A stretch of DNA of 61,132 bases from Candidatus Rokuibacteriota bacterium (GCA_005887895.1 VBPC01000157.1:1-61132); one strand, 5' to 3'. Counted from the stretch's first letter, positions 17,547 through 27,505 are shown. The notes: generated by a model from the sequence alone, not told the origin. Translations and numbers: made by a program.

Positions 17547-18491
17547 TTAGTATCGTATCCGCGGGTCGAGAACCGCGTAGAGCGCGTCGACCGCGAGGTT
17601 CACGAGCACCACCGTGGAGACGACCAGCAGGTTCACGCCCTGGATGACCGGATAGTCCCGCTGGTTGATCGCATCGAAGAGGAAGCGGCTCATGCCCGGC
17701 AGGCCGAACACGGTTTCGATCACCACGGTGCCGCCGATGATCTGGGGAAGCTGGGTGCCGAGCAGCGTGACGACCGGGATGATCGCGTTGCGCAGCCCGT
17801 GCTTGAGGACGATGGCGCGCTCGGCCAGGCCCTTGGCCCACGCGGTCCGGACGTAGTCCTGGCGCAGCACCTCCAGCAGCATGCCGCGCGTGAGCCGCAT
17901 CAACGCGGCCGAGGCCGCGATGCCGAGGATGAGCGCCGGCAGCAGCATCTGGCGCAGGTAGCCGGCCGGGTCGGCCTGGAACTCGACGAACTCGGAGACG
18001 GGACGCCAGCCCCACCAGATCGCCGGCAGCACGATGAGCAGGGTCGCCAGCCAGAAGCCGGGCACCGAGAGACCGAGGATCGCGGCGCTGCGGGCGACGA
18101 AGTCGGCCGGCGTGTCCTGGCGCGCCGCCGACAGCACGCCGACCGGCAGGGCGATGACGAGCGCGAACGTCAGCGCGAAGGCGGCCAGCGTCAGCGTCAC
18201 CGGCAGCCGCTGGCCGATCTCTTCCAGCACCGGGCGGCGCGTCCACAGCGACTCGCCGAGATCGCCCCGCGCGACGTGGCCGAGCCAGTCGACGTACTGC
18301 ACGTACAGCGGCCGGTCGAGGCCGAGCTTGGCGCGCAGCTCGGCGAGGTCCCGGGCGTACGCCTTCTCGGAGAGCATGAGCTGGACGGCGTCGCCGGGGA
18401 TGAGCCGGGGCAGCGTGAAGACGATCAGCGAGGCGATCAGCAGCGACGGAATCGCGACGAGCAGCCGCTTCGCTACGTACCGCTTCAGCAA
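17547..18491 (-). CDS. peptide-type ABC permease (DppB-like)
   Basis: LGLDRPLYVQY, GDLGES, QDYVRTAWAKGL, HGLRNA, RDYPVIQG. Confidence 0.94.
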   Translation of the reverse strand: MLKRYVAKRLLVAIPSLLIASLIVFTLPRLIPGDAVQLMLSEKAYARDLAELRAKLGLDRPLYVQYVDWLGHVARGDLGESLWTRRPVLEEIGQRLPVTLTLAAFALTFALVIALPVGVLSAARQDTPADFVARSAAILGLSVPGFWLATLLIVLPAIWWGWRPVSEFVEFQADPAGYLRQMLLPALILGIAASAALMRLTRGMLLEVLRQDYVRTAWAKGLAERAIVLKHGLRNAIIPVVTLLGTQLPQIIGGTVVIETVFGLPGMSRFLFDAINQRDYPVIQGVNLLVVSTVVLVNLAVDALYAVLDPRIRY

Positions 18492-18498
18492 CGCCCGC

Positions 18499-20124
18499 TT
18501 AGCGGTCGAGCCAGGCCGCCAGCAGGCGGCCGCCGTAGTCGTAGCCCATGTTCGGTCCGTAGTTCTTGAGCGCGCCTTCCCAGACGGCGATGTACACGCC
18601 GGACGGCATCTGCACGTAGTACTGCTGCTTGGCCAGGTAGCGCTGGATGTCGTGGATCAGCTCGCGCCGCTTGGCAACGTCGAAGGTGCGCCGCTGGCGC
18701 ACGAGCATGTCGGCGACGACCGGATCGTTGATGTGGCTCTGGTTCTTCAGCTCGTCGGGGTAGTACTGGCCGACCAGGAAGTTGTCGGGCTCCAGGAAGC
18801 CGGTCTGCGGGCCGAACGTCGTCGAGTCGAACTTGCCGTAGAAGCAGGTCGCGATGTAGGCACCGTACTCCTTCTGGTCGATCCGGGCGTCGATGCCGAC
18901 GACCTTGAGGTCCTTCTGCACGAGCTGCGTGATGTCGACCAGCAGCGTGGAGCCGTAGTTCGTGAAGCACATGCTGATGGGAAAGCCGTTCGGATAGCCG
19001 GCCGCCGCCAGCAGTCGCCGGGCCTCGGTGGGATCGTGACGGTAATACTTCGCGCCCTCGCCGAGCTTGTCGAACGGCACCGACCACTCCTTCAGCGCGG
19101 CCGGCACCGGCGGGTTCATCACACCGACGCCCTCGAACGGCGAGTCGATGATCGCCTGGCGATCGATGGCCAGCGACATGGCGTGGCGCACGCGCGGGTC
19201 GCTGAAGGGCTTCTGGTCGGTGCGCATCGAGATGTGACTCATGACCGGCGACGGGAACTCGGTCGTCTGCAGCCGCGGCCGCTTCTGCTTGAGCGTGTCC
19301 TTGATCTGCACCCAGTCGGTGCGGTTGATCGTGCCCGGAAACTCCCAGCCGATGTCGTACTTGCCGCTGAGGAAGGCCGCCATGCGGGAGGCGTTGTCCT
19401 CGTCGACGGTCATCTCGATGCGGTCGATATAGGGCAGACCGGCGAGGAAGTAGGCCGTGTGGCGCACTAACGACAGCCCCACGTTGGGCCGGTATGCGTC
19501 GAGCATCCAGGGTCCGGTGCCGATCACCGACTCGACCTTCTTGAGATCGCCGTACTTTTCGACGACCTCCCTGGCGACGATGGCGACGGCGTGCGGGTTC
19601 GACACCATGTCGAGGAACCAGGCGAACGGCTCCCGGAGCGTGAACTTCACGGTGTACTTGTCGGTGGCCTCGACCTTGTCGACCGACCTCAGCATGTAGG
19701 CGTTGGCGTTGCCCTTCACCGTCAGGAAGTGGTTCACGCTGAACACGACGTCGTCGGCCGTCAGTTCGCGGCCGTTCACCGGCGGCTTGTTGTGCCAGCG
19801 CACGCCGCGGCGCAGCTTGAACACGTAGGTGGTGTCGTTGGGCTGCGTCCACGACTCGGCGAGGTCCCCCTCGACCGGGAAGGTGCCGGGAGCGACCTGG
19901 GGACCCGCCTTGTGCTTGAGCAGGCGGCTGTGGGTGAAGCTCAGCGCGATGTGGGTCTTGTAGGAGATCGTCTGGAACGGATCGAAGTGCGGCGGATCCC
20001 ACGTCCGCAACGACAGCGTGCCGCCGCGTCTGGGCGCCTGGGCGCGCGCCCTCCGCGGGGCGAGGACGGTCCCGGCCAGCGACAGACCTCCGGCGGCCAG
20101 CAGATCGCGACGGCTGAGCCTCAT
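18499..20124 (-). CDS. family 5 ABC substrate-binding protein with Tat signal
   Basis: MRLSRRDLL twin-arginine; GDLAESW, YVFKLRRGVRWH, RELTADDVVFS, GTGPW. Confidence 0.93.
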   Translation of the reverse strand: MRLSRRDLLAAGGLSLAGTVLAPRRARAQAPRRGGTLSLRTWDPPHFDPFQTISYKTHIALSFTHSRLLKHKAGPQVAPGTFPVEGDLAESWTQPNDTTYVFKLRRGVRWHNKPPVNGRELTADDVVFSVNHFLTVKGNANAYMLRSVDKVEATDKYTVKFTLREPFAWFLDMVSNPHAVAIVAREVVEKYGDLKKVESVIGTGPWMLDAYRPNVGLSLVRHTAYFLAGLPYIDRIEMTVDEDNASRMAAFLSGKYDIGWEFPGTINRTDWVQIKDTLKQKRPRLQTTEFPSPVMSHISMRTDQKPFSDPRVRHAMSLAIDRQAIIDSPFEGVGVMNPPVPAALKEWSVPFDKLGEGAKYYRHDPTEARRLLAAAGYPNGFPISMCFTNYGSTLLVDITQLVQKDLKVVGIDARIDQKEYGAYIATCFYGKFDSTTFGPQTGFLEPDNFLVGQYYPDELKNQSHINDPVVADMLVRQRRTFDVAKRRELIHDIQRYLAKQQYYVQMPSGVYIAVWEGALKNYGPNMGYDYGGRLLAAWLDR

Positions 20125-20133
20125 GGCGTCCCC

Positions 20134-21423
20134 CTAGGACGTGCGCGCGGCCACCGCAGCCAGCGCGGCGTCGAAGACGCCGAGCGTCTCCTCCACGTCC
20201 TGCTCGCCGTGGGCGAGCGAGACGTAGATCTTGTTCACGGCCTTGACCACGCCCCGGCGCAGGCATTCCTCGTTGAACAGCGCGATGCGCCGCCGGTCGG
20301 CGGTGAGCGTCGCGCGGTAGTCGACCGCCGGCCGGTCCGTGAAGATGATGTCGAACACCGGCGGCTCGCCGCTCACCTGGGCCGGCAGGCCGTGCTTGCG
20401 CGCCGCCGCCGCCAGCCCGTCGCGCAGGCGCTTGCCCGTCGCGAAGAGGCGCTCGTACGTGCCCGGCTTTCGCAGCTCGGCCAGCGTGGCCAGACCGGCC
20501 ACGGCCGCCACCGGATTGCCGTTGAGCGTGCCGGCCTGCCAGACGTAGTCGGGCGAGCCGTCGAGGGCGGCGTCGAAGTGGTGCATGATCGCGGCGCGCC
20601 CGGCGACGGCCGCCAGCGGAAAGCCGCCGGCCAGCACCTTGCCGAACGCGGCCACGTCGGGCACGACGTCGTAGTAGGCCTGGGCGCCGCCGTAGGCCAG
20701 CCGGAAGCCGGTGACGATCTCGTCGAAGACCAGCGGCACCTCGTAGCGGGCGGTGACCGCGCGCAGCCCCCTGAGGAAGCCGGGCTCGGGCACGATCACG
20801 CGCTGGTACGGCTCGACGATCACCGCCGCCAGCTCGTTGTGATGGGCGGCGATCAGCGCCTCGGTGGTGGCGAGGTCGTTGTAGGGCGCGATGAGGACCT
20901 CGTCGCTGATCACGTGCGGAATCCCGGCCGAGTCGGCCATGGCGGCCGGAAATGCCTTGGGCGAGCGCGGGCTGACGCTCATGAGCGCGTAGTCGTGGGT
21001 GCCGTGGAAGCCCCCCTCGAACTTCATGATCTTGTCGCGATGCCGGAAGGCCCGGGCCACGCGGAGGGCGAAGAACGTCGCCTCCGAGCCGCTCGACATG
21101 AAGCGCACCTGCTCGGCGCACGGCACCGCGCGGACGATCTCCTCGGCCAGGTCGATGATCGGCTCGTTGAGGAGCATGAACGTCGTGCCGTGGCCGGCCT
21201 GGCGCTGCACCGCCTCGACGACGGCCGGATGCGCGTGGCCGAGCAGCATCGGGCCGGAGCCGAGCAGGTAGTCGAGATACCGGCGACCGTCGGCGTCCCA
21301 GAGATACGGCCCGCGCGCGTCCTTGACGACGAAGTCCAGGCCCGGTGCGCTCCGGTGGCCGCCCAGGACCCCGCCGGGAAATAAGCGATCGGCCCGCTCG
21401 AGAAGGCTCTTCTGGTTGGTCAT
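20134..21423 (-). CDS. class III aminotransferase (GSA-aminomutase-like)
   Basis: GPYLWDADGRRYLD, SSGSEAT, GGFHG, LVFDEIVTGFR, FGKVLAGG (PLP Lys), GTLNGNP. Confidence 0.9.
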   Translation of the reverse strand: MTNQKSLLERADRLFPGGVLGGHRSAPGLDFVVKDARGPYLWDADGRRYLDYLLGSGPMLLGHAHPAVVEAVQRQAGHGTTFMLLNEPIIDLAEEIVRAVPCAEQVRFMSSGSEATFFALRVARAFRHRDKIMKFEGGFHGTHDYALMSVSPRSPKAFPAAMADSAGIPHVISDEVLIAPYNDLATTEALIAAHHNELAAVIVEPYQRVIVPEPGFLRGLRAVTARYEVPLVFDEIVTGFRLAYGGAQAYYDVVPDVAAFGKVLAGGFPLAAVAGRAAIMHHFDAALDGSPDYVWQAGTLNGNPVAAVAGLATLAELRKPGTYERLFATGKRLRDGLAAAARKHGLPAQVSGEPPVFDIIFTDRPAVDYRATLTADRRRIALFNEECLRRGVVKAVNKIYVSLAHGEQDVEETLGVFDAALAAVAARTS

Positions 21424-21430
21424 GGCACCC

Positions 21431-22447
21431 TTATACTCGGAAACCATCGTCGGTCAAGAGCACGCCGCTGCCCGTGATGGCGCCCTCCTTGAGTAGCTCC
21501 AGCGCCTGGTTCGCGACCTCCAGCGGAAATTCCGTCGTGGCCAGGCGCACGCGCGCCCGGCTCGCCTCCGCCAGGAACGCCGTGCCGTCGGCGCGGGTGT
21601 TGGCGGTCACCGAGCGAATTCCGCGCTCGTAGAAGAGGTCGGTGTCGTAGTCGAGCCGCGGGATCGGGGTCATGTAGATGCCGGCCAGGGCCAGGGTGCC
21701 GCCGCGAGCGAGGTTGCGCAGCGCCACCGGGACGAGGTCGCCGACCGGCGCGAACAGGATCGTGCCCTCGGTGCGGCGCGGCATCGGATCGCGGACGTCG
21801 CCGACCCAGGCCGCGCCGAGCGACGTCGCCAGCTCGCGGTGGCTTGGCTCGCGCGTGCACACATAGACCTCCATGTTGCGAGCGCGCGCGATCTGCAGCG
21901 TCACGTGCGCGGAGGAGCCGAAGCCGTACAGGCCGAGCCGGCCGCCCGGGCCCACGCCGCTCAGCGTCAGCGCCCGGTAGCCGATGATGCCCGCGCAGAG
22001 CAGCGGCGCCGCCTCCACGTCGCTGAAGCTCGACGGGATCGAGTACGCGTAGTCCTCGTCCACCACCGCGTACTCGGCGTAGCCGCCGTCGGCGTGCCAG
22101 CCGGTGAACTCCGCCCGCTCGCAGAGGTTCTCGCGATCGGTCGCGCAGTAGAGGCAGGCGCCGCACGTGTGCCGCAGCCAGGCGATCCCCACGCGGTCGC
22201 CCTCGCGAAAGCGCGTGGCGCCGGCTCCCCGGGCGGCCACGCGCCCGACCACCTGGTGACCCGGCACGACCGGCGAGCGCAGCGGCGGCAGCTCGCCCTC
22301 GACCACGTGGAGATCGGTGCGGCAGATCGCGCACGCCCGCACCTCGACGAGGATCTCGCCGGCGGCCGGCGCCGGGGGGTCGAGGTCCTCCAGCCGCAGC
22401 GGCCGCTCGGCGACGGGCGCCGGCTGTCGCAGCACCATCGCCCGCAT
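21431..22447 (-). CDS. zinc-dependent alcohol dehydrogenase family protein
   Basis: CAICRTDLH, PGHQVVG, CGACLYC...NLC, LLCAG, GLYGFG; the track extension to 22540 is translated repeat. Confidence 0.92.
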   Translation of the reverse strand: MRAMVLRQPAPVAERPLRLEDLDPPAPAAGEILVEVRACAICRTDLHVVEGELPPLRSPVVPGHQVVGRVAARGAGATRFREGDRVGIAWLRHTCGACLYCATDRENLCERAEFTGWHADGGYAEYAVVDEDYAYSIPSSFSDVEAAPLLCAGIIGYRALTLSGVGPGGRLGLYGFGSSAHVTLQIARARNMEVYVCTREPSHRELATSLGAAWVGDVRDPMPRRTEGTILFAPVGDLVPVALRNLARGGTLALAGIYMTPIPRLDYDTDLFYERGIRSVTANTRADGTAFLAEASRARVRLATTEFPLEVANQALELLKEGAITGSGVLLTDDGFRV

Positions 22448-22462
22448 GATCAGCGGGTGGTC

Positions 22463-22536
22463 GAGGAGCGTCCCGGCTTCGCCGGGACGCTTCCGAGCGT
22501 ACGGGGGGTGTGGGAGGCCATGTCGGGGCCCCCCAC
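22463..22536 (-). repeat. two-hairpin repeat copy
   Basis: GGGGGGCC-CCGACAT-GGCCTCCC, C-rich linker, CGCTCG, AGCGTCCCGGC-GAA-GCCGGGACGCT; starts 2 nt after the CitE-like stop. Confidence 0.88.
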
Positions 22537-23421
22537 TCAACTGGCCCGGGCGATGATCTTGAGCGCCCGGGTCAGGTGCGGGGCGTCGACCATCTGCCCC
22601 TTGAAGCGGAACGCGTAGACGCCGCGCCGGCGGTGCTCCTCGAAGGCCGCGACGAGCTCGCGCGCCTCGTCCACGACGGCCTTGGCCGGCGTGAACGCCT
22701 CGTTGATGACGGCAATCTGCGACGGATGGATCGAGATCTTGCCGCTGAAGCCCATGGCGACCGCGTCGTCACACTCGCGGCGCAGGCCGGCCAGGTCGGC
22801 GATGTCGGTGTACACGGTGTCGAGCGCCTCCACGCCGGCCACCGCCGCCACGATCGCGCACATCGTGCGCGCGTGCCGCGGGATGTCGAGATAGCGGCCG
22901 TCGGCATCGCGCACGCGAGGCAGCCCCATCGCGGCCGAGAGGTCCTCGATGCCCCACGAGACGGCGACGATGCGCGGGGTGGCCGCCGCGACCTCGCGGA
23001 TGTTCAGCAGGCCTTCCGGCGTCTCGGTGGCGATGAGCACCAGGCGGGTGGTGCCGTTGGCGATGGCGTGGCGGTGCTCGAGCCGGTCGAGCGTGTGCGC
23101 GATCTCCCGCACGTCGCCGGCGTGCCGGGGCTTGGGCACCACGTAGCCGTCGGGCCGGCCGGCGATCGTCGCCTCCAGGTCGGCTACCCCGAGGCCGGTG
23201 GCGATCGGATTCATGCGCACCCAGCGCTCGCGACCGCCGAAGTCCAGCTCGGTGAGCCAGCGGGTGACGATCGGCCGCGTGGCCGCCTTGAGGTCCGGCG
23301 TCACCGCGTCCTCCAGGTCGAGGATGAGGCCGTCGGCGGGGAGCGTGAGCGCCTTGGCGATCATCTTCTCGTTGCCGCCCGGCACGAAGTGCAGCGAGCG
23401 GCGGCGGCGGGCCGGGGCCAT
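22537..23421 (-). CDS. CitE/HpcH-family CoA ester lyase
   Basis: RRSLHFVPG, ILDLEDAV, WVRMN, ETPEGL, GFSGKISIHPSQI. Confidence 0.9.
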   Translation of the reverse strand: MAPARRRRSLHFVPGGNEKMIAKALTLPADGLILDLEDAVTPDLKAATRPIVTRWLTELDFGGRERWVRMNPIATGLGVADLEATIAGRPDGYVVPKPRHAGDVREIAHTLDRLEHRHAIANGTTRLVLIATETPEGLLNIREVAAATPRIVAVSWGIEDLSAAMGLPRVRDADGRYLDIPRHARTMCAIVAAVAGVEALDTVYTDIADLAGLRRECDDAVAMGFSGKISIHPSQIAVINEAFTPAKAVVDEARELVAAFEEHRRRGVYAFRFKGQMVDAPHLTRALKIIARAS

Positions 23422-23422
23422 G

Positions 23423-23875
23423 TCAGGCGGGCCGCTTGCGCATCATCGCATTGCGGCGGGCCCGCATCACCAGCTCGCCGTGCTGGTTGCGCGCGCGGTG
23501 CTCGAAGGTCACGATGCCCCACTGCGGCCGCGACTTGGACTCGCGCTTGTCGACCACCTCGGTCTCGGCGTAGATCGTGTCGCCGTGGAAGACCGGCTTG
23601 GGGAACTCGACCTTGTCGAAGCCGAGGTTGCCGACCGTGGTGCCGAGCGTCGTCTCGGCCACCGACAGCCCGATCGCGATGCCCATCGTGAGCAGGCTGT
23701 TGACGAGCGGCTTGCCGAACTCGGCCTTGGCGGCGGCGTGGAAGTCGATGTGCAGCGGCTGCGGGTTCATGGTGAGCGTCGAGAAGAACACGTTGTCGGC
23801 CTCGGTGATCGTGCGCCCCACCTCGTGGCGGAACGTGTCCCCCACCTTCAGCTCCTCGAAGTGCTTGCCAGCCAT
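23423..23875 (-). CDS. MaoC-family (R)-hydratase/dehydratase
   Basis: [26 protein letters not shown]; GAGGAGG RBS. Confidence 0.92.
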   Translation of the reverse strand: MAGKHFEELKVGDTFRHEVGRTITEADNVFFSTLTMNPQPLHIDFHAAAKAEFGKPLVNSLLTMGIAIGLSVAETTLGTTVGNLGFDKVEFPKPVFHGDTIYAETEVVDKRESKSRPQWGIVTFEHRARNQHGELVMRARRNAMMRKRPA

Positions 23876-23937
23876 CGACGCCTCCTCGCGCGCGATGGTA
23901 TATCATCCTCGACCACGCGACACCAGGAGGCCGCCCG

Positions 23938-24261
23938 ATGATCTACGAGTACCGCGCCTACTATGCCCTGCCCGGCCGGATGCCCGACATCCAGGCCCGC
24001 TTCGCCAACGTGACGATGAAGCTCTTCAAGAAGCACGGCATCCAGGTGGTCGGCTTCTGGGAGACGGTCATCGGCGAGAACAACGAGCTCGTCTACATCT
24101 GCGCGTTCGACGACCTCGCCCATCGCCAGAAGGCGTGGACGGCGTTCCAGGCCGATCCGGAGTGGCAGGCCGCCCGCAAGGCGTCCGAGGCCAACGGCCC
24201 ACTGCTGGAGCGCGTGGTCAACAAGATCTGGAAGCCGACGTCGTTCTCGCCGCTGCAGTAG
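23938..24261 (+). CDS. NIPSNAP family protein
   Basis: MIYEYRAY..LPG, HRQKAWTAFQADPEW, PTSFSP; AGGAGG RBS. Confidence 0.9.
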   Translation: MIYEYRAYYALPGRMPDIQARFANVTMKLFKKHGIQVVGFWETVIGENNELVYICAFDDLAHRQKAWTAFQADPEWQAARKASEANGPLLERVVNKIWKPTSFSPLQ

Positions 24262-24291
24262 CGTTGGCGTGGTGGCTATAATGCCTCCGCC

Positions 24292-25500
24292 ATGACGTAC
24301 GACATCGCGATCATCGGCGGGGGCATCGTGGGCCTCGCCACCGCCCGGGCCCTGCTCGAACGCGCGCCGTCGCTGACGCTGGCCCTCTGCGAGAAGGAGG
24401 CGCAGCTCGGCACGCACCAGACCGGCCACAACAGCGGCGTCATCCACTCCGGCATCTACTACAAGCCCGGCTCGTTCAAGGCGCGCCTGTGCGTCGAGGG
24501 CGCCCGGTCGATGGTGGAGTTCTGCGAGGCGCACGCGATCAAGTACGACCGCTGCGGCAAGGTCATCGTGGCGACCTCCGACGAGGAGCTGCCGCGCCTG
24601 CGCACGCTCTACGAGCGCGGCGTCGCCAACGGGGTGCCGGGCGTGGCGATGATCGACGCCGGCCGCGTGCGCGAGATCGAGCCGCACGTGCGGGCGGTGG
24701 CCGGCATCCACTCGCCGAACACGGCCATCGTCGACTACAGCGAGGTGACGGCCGCGCTCGGCCGCGACCTCGTCGCGCGCGGGGTGACCATCGAGTACCG
24801 CTTCCCGGTGAGCGCGATCACCCGCATCAAGGGCGGCGGGGTCGCGGTGAGCACGCAGCAGCACACCATCACCGCCCGCCGCATCGTGAACTGCGCCGGC
24901 CTCTACTCCGACGTGGTCGCCCGGCTCGCCGGCGCCGCGCCCGACGTGCAGATCGTGCCCTTCCGGGGCGAGTACTACTTCCTGCGGCCCGAGCGCGAGT
25001 CGCTCGTGCGGGGCCTGATCTACCCCGTGCCCGATCCGGAGTTTCCGTTCCTCGGCGTCCACTTCACGCGCACGATCCACGGCGAGGTCGAGGCGGGCCC
25101 CAACGCGGTGCTGGCGTTCGCCCGTGAGGGCTATCGCTTCACGCGCGTGCGGCCGCGCGAGCTGGCCGGCACGCTGCGCTTCCCCGGCTTCTGGGCGATG
25201 GCGCGCAAGTACTGGCGCGTCGGGGCCTACGAGATGCACCGCTCGCTGTCGAAGAAGAAGTTCGTGGAGTCGCTGCAGCGCCTCGTCCCCGACCTGAAGG
25301 CCGAGGACATCGCGCCCGGCGGCGCCGGCGTGCGCGCGCAGGCCGTGCGGGCCGACGGCACCCTGCTCGACGACTTCAGCATCGTGTCGACGCCCGACGC
25401 GATCCACGTGCTGAACGCGCCGTCACCGGCCGCGACCGCCTCGCTGGCGATCGGGCGCCACATCGCGGCGCTCGCCGCGGAGACCTTCAGCCTGCAGTAG
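24292..25500 (+). CDS. lhgO: L-2-hydroxyglutarate oxidase
   Basis: GGGIVG, HQTGHNSGVIHSGIYYKPGSFKA, PFRGEY, FPFLGVHFT, GVRAQA, NAPSPAATASLAIG. Confidence 0.92.
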   Translation: MTYDIAIIGGGIVGLATARALLERAPSLTLALCEKEAQLGTHQTGHNSGVIHSGIYYKPGSFKARLCVEGARSMVEFCEAHAIKYDRCGKVIVATSDEELPRLRTLYERGVANGVPGVAMIDAGRVREIEPHVRAVAGIHSPNTAIVDYSEVTAALGRDLVARGVTIEYRFPVSAITRIKGGGVAVSTQQHTITARRIVNCAGLYSDVVARLAGAAPDVQIVPFRGEYYFLRPERESLVRGLIYPVPDPEFPFLGVHFTRTIHGEVEAGPNAVLAFAREGYRFTRVRPRELAGTLRFPGFWAMARKYWRVGAYEMHRSLSKKKFVESLQRLVPDLKAEDIAPGGAGVRAQAVRADGTLLDDFSIVSTPDAIHVLNAPSPAATASLAIGRHIAALAAETFSLQ

Positions 25501-25532
25501 GCATCGAATTCCGCTACTTCAGGTGGGGCCGG

Positions 25533-25577
25533 GGCAAAAACCCCTCTGTTGACAGGGGTTTGCCGATCAGTTACATT
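25533..25577 (+). promoter_or_regulatory. sigma70 promoter overlapped by an operator-like palindrome
   Basis: TTGACA (25549-54), 17 nt, TACATT (25572-77); AAACCCCT-N8-AGGGGTTT (25538-25561) brackets the -35; ATG 8 nt after the -10. Confidence 0.72.
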
Positions 25578-25585
25578 GGCGCCCC

Positions 25586-26719
25586 ATGATCAGCGTGCCT
25601 GCGCGCCGCGTCAAACAATTCGGCGTCGAGTTCTACCAGGCGGGACTGAGCGCCAAGGACATCGACCGGCTCGTCAAGTTCGAGGTGCTCGGCTACACCG
25701 GCGGTCCCGAGCCCGACGCCAAGGGCAAGAAGAGCAAGGCCTCGCGCTCGCGGGTCAACTGGGACATGCTCGAGAAGCGCATCAGCGAGAGCGAGACCGC
25801 CTACCAGCGTCCCGTCATCCGCCGCAAGATCGACGAGCTGGCCGCGTACTACCGGGAGTGCAAGGACGCCGCCACGCTGCCGGCCATTCCGGGCGCCGTG
25901 ATCATCACCTCCGAGAAGCGGTTCACGTTCACCCCGGTGGCCGGTCACCACGACCTCGGCCTGCTGCAGATTCCCGAGGAGCACGGGGTGCTGCGCGTGC
26001 TCGACGGCCAGCATCGCCTGCTCGCGTTGCACGCGCTCAGCCAGAACGGCGAGGCGGCGGGCATCGAGGTGCCGGCCGTGCTCTTCGACTCGCTCGACGC
26101 GCGGCAGATCGTCGAGCTCTTCGTGACGATCAATGCCAAGCACACGCGGCTGAACCCCTCGCACATCATCAGCCTCTCCGGGCGCAAGCTCTATCCCGAT
26201 CCCAACCAAGCGCTCGCCCACGACGTCATCCGCTCGCTCAACGAGGACGACACCTCGCCGCTGCACGGCGAGATCAAGATGCTCGGCACCGGCCGCGGCC
26301 GCGTGAGCCAGGCGCCGCTGGCCGAGGAGATCGTCGATTTACTGGAGACCGTCGAGAAGGTGGGCGGCGGCGCTCGGATCCAGGAGGTGCGCCAGCACGC
26401 CAAGCGGTTCTTCCTCAACTACATCAAGGCGCTGTCCACGACGTTCCCCGGCGCCTGGGCCGGCCGGAAGTACTCGATCAAGACCGGCGCCGCGCTGCGC
26501 GCCTTCGTCCGCACCGCGCCCGACGTGATGGCTCGCGCTCGCGAGCTGCGCCGCGACTCGTACGATCTCAATGCCATCCGCGAGGCGATCAAGCCGTGGG
26601 GCGAGCGGTTGCGCGATCGCCGCTTCGAGACCGAGGGCGAGTGGAAGCTCAAGCTCGCCGGCGGCACCCGCGGGACGGTGGACGCGCTCACGCGCGAGCT
26701 CCGGGACGCGCTTCGGTAG
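25586..26719 (+). CDS. DGQHR-domain protein (DndB/ParB-like superfamily)
   Basis: AYQRP, IPGAVII, VLDGQHRL, ELFVTIN; no dnd/dpd partner genes in the window. Confidence 0.9.
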   Translation: MISVPARRVKQFGVEFYQAGLSAKDIDRLVKFEVLGYTGGPEPDAKGKKSKASRSRVNWDMLEKRISESETAYQRPVIRRKIDELAAYYRECKDAATLPAIPGAVIITSEKRFTFTPVAGHHDLGLLQIPEEHGVLRVLDGQHRLLALHALSQNGEAAGIEVPAVLFDSLDARQIVELFVTINAKHTRLNPSHIISLSGRKLYPDPNQALAHDVIRSLNEDDTSPLHGEIKMLGTGRGRVSQAPLAEEIVDLLETVEKVGGGARIQEVRQHAKRFFLNYIKALSTTFPGAWAGRKYSIKTGAALRAFVRTAPDVMARARELRRDSYDLNAIREAIKPWGERLRDRRFETEGEWKLKLAGGTRGTVDALTRELRDALR

Positions 26720-26721
26720 CA

Positions 26722-26835
26722 CCCCGGAGGGGGACTTCGTCCCCCTTCCGGCGGTCGTCGCGCGCCTAGTCGGCGCGCTCCTCCCTGCTTCCCCCTGGAA
26801 CATCGATTGCGCCGGCAAAGCCGGCGCTCGAACGT
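26722..26835. repeat. triple-hairpin intergenic element between convergent genes
   Basis: GGGGGAC-TTC-GTCCCCC; GCGCGCC-TAGTC-GGCGCGC; on the minus strand CGTTCG-AGCGCCGGC-TTT-GCCGGCGC, a short form of the repeat's second hairpin. Confidence 0.55.
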
Positions 26836-26842
26836 GGTCGAT

Positions 26843-27505
26843 CTAACCGTTACCTACCAGGTCGAGGAAGGCGGCGGCGATTCGCGACGGCAACGCGCGA
26901 TCGAAGCTCCTTGGACGGCCCCAGCCGAGGTCGTGACCGGCGTTCACGGTGATGAGGGCGGTGCGGGCGGGGATCAGGGCGCGGAGGGAGGCGAGCTCGT
27001 TGGAGGTGGCGAAGGGGTCGGTCGTGCCGTGGACGAGGAGGGTGGGGACGCGCAGGCGCGGCAGGTGCGCGATGCGCACGTCCTCGGGCTTGCCGGGCGG
27101 GTGTAGCGGATAGGACTGCAGCAGGAGCCCGCTCACCAGCGCCGGCTCGTCGGCCACCAGCATCGAGGCCTGGCGCCCGCCGTACGAATGGCCGCCGAGG
27201 AAGAGCCGGCCGGCGACACGTTCGCGCAGCACGCCGAGCGCCGTGCGCAGGCCGGCGCGGTCGCGCGCGGCACCGGCGGGCGATGGCCCGCCTCGCGCGC
27301 GCGCCTGGCGGTACGGTAGATCGCAGCGCAGGACGCTCACCCCGCGGGCGGCGAACGCCTCGGCCACGGCGACAAGCAGCGGCGCCTCGGCGTTGCCGCC
27401 GGCGCCGTGGGTGAGCACGAAGCCGGAGCCCTCGAGCGACGCGGCCGGGTGCAGCACCCCGCGGACCGGCGGATCGGTCGCGACGGCGATGCGCTCGAGC
27501 GGCAC
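26843..27505 (-). CDS. alpha/beta hydrolase (minimal, KANSL3/Abhydrolase_11-like)
   Basis: LTHGAGG, GGHSYGGR, SYPLHPPGK, HGTTDPF, NAGH. Confidence 0.85.
   Translation of the reverse strand: MPLERIAVATDPPVRGVLHPAASLEGSGFVLTHGAGGNAEAPLLVAVAEAFAARGVSVLRCDLPYRQARARGGPSPAGAARDRAGLRTALGVLRERVAGRLFLGGHSYGGRQASMLVADEPALVSGLLLQSYPLHPPGKPEDVRIAHLPRLRVPTLLVHGTTDPFATSNELASLRALIPARTALITVNAGHDLGWGRPRSFDRALPSRIAAAFLDLVGNG

Noticed and set aside
25586-26719. DGQHR gene as part of a phosphorothioation or 7-deazaguanine defence island
   Set aside because: No dndCDE, dpd, ssp or restriction genes are nearby, and the flanks are metabolic genes.
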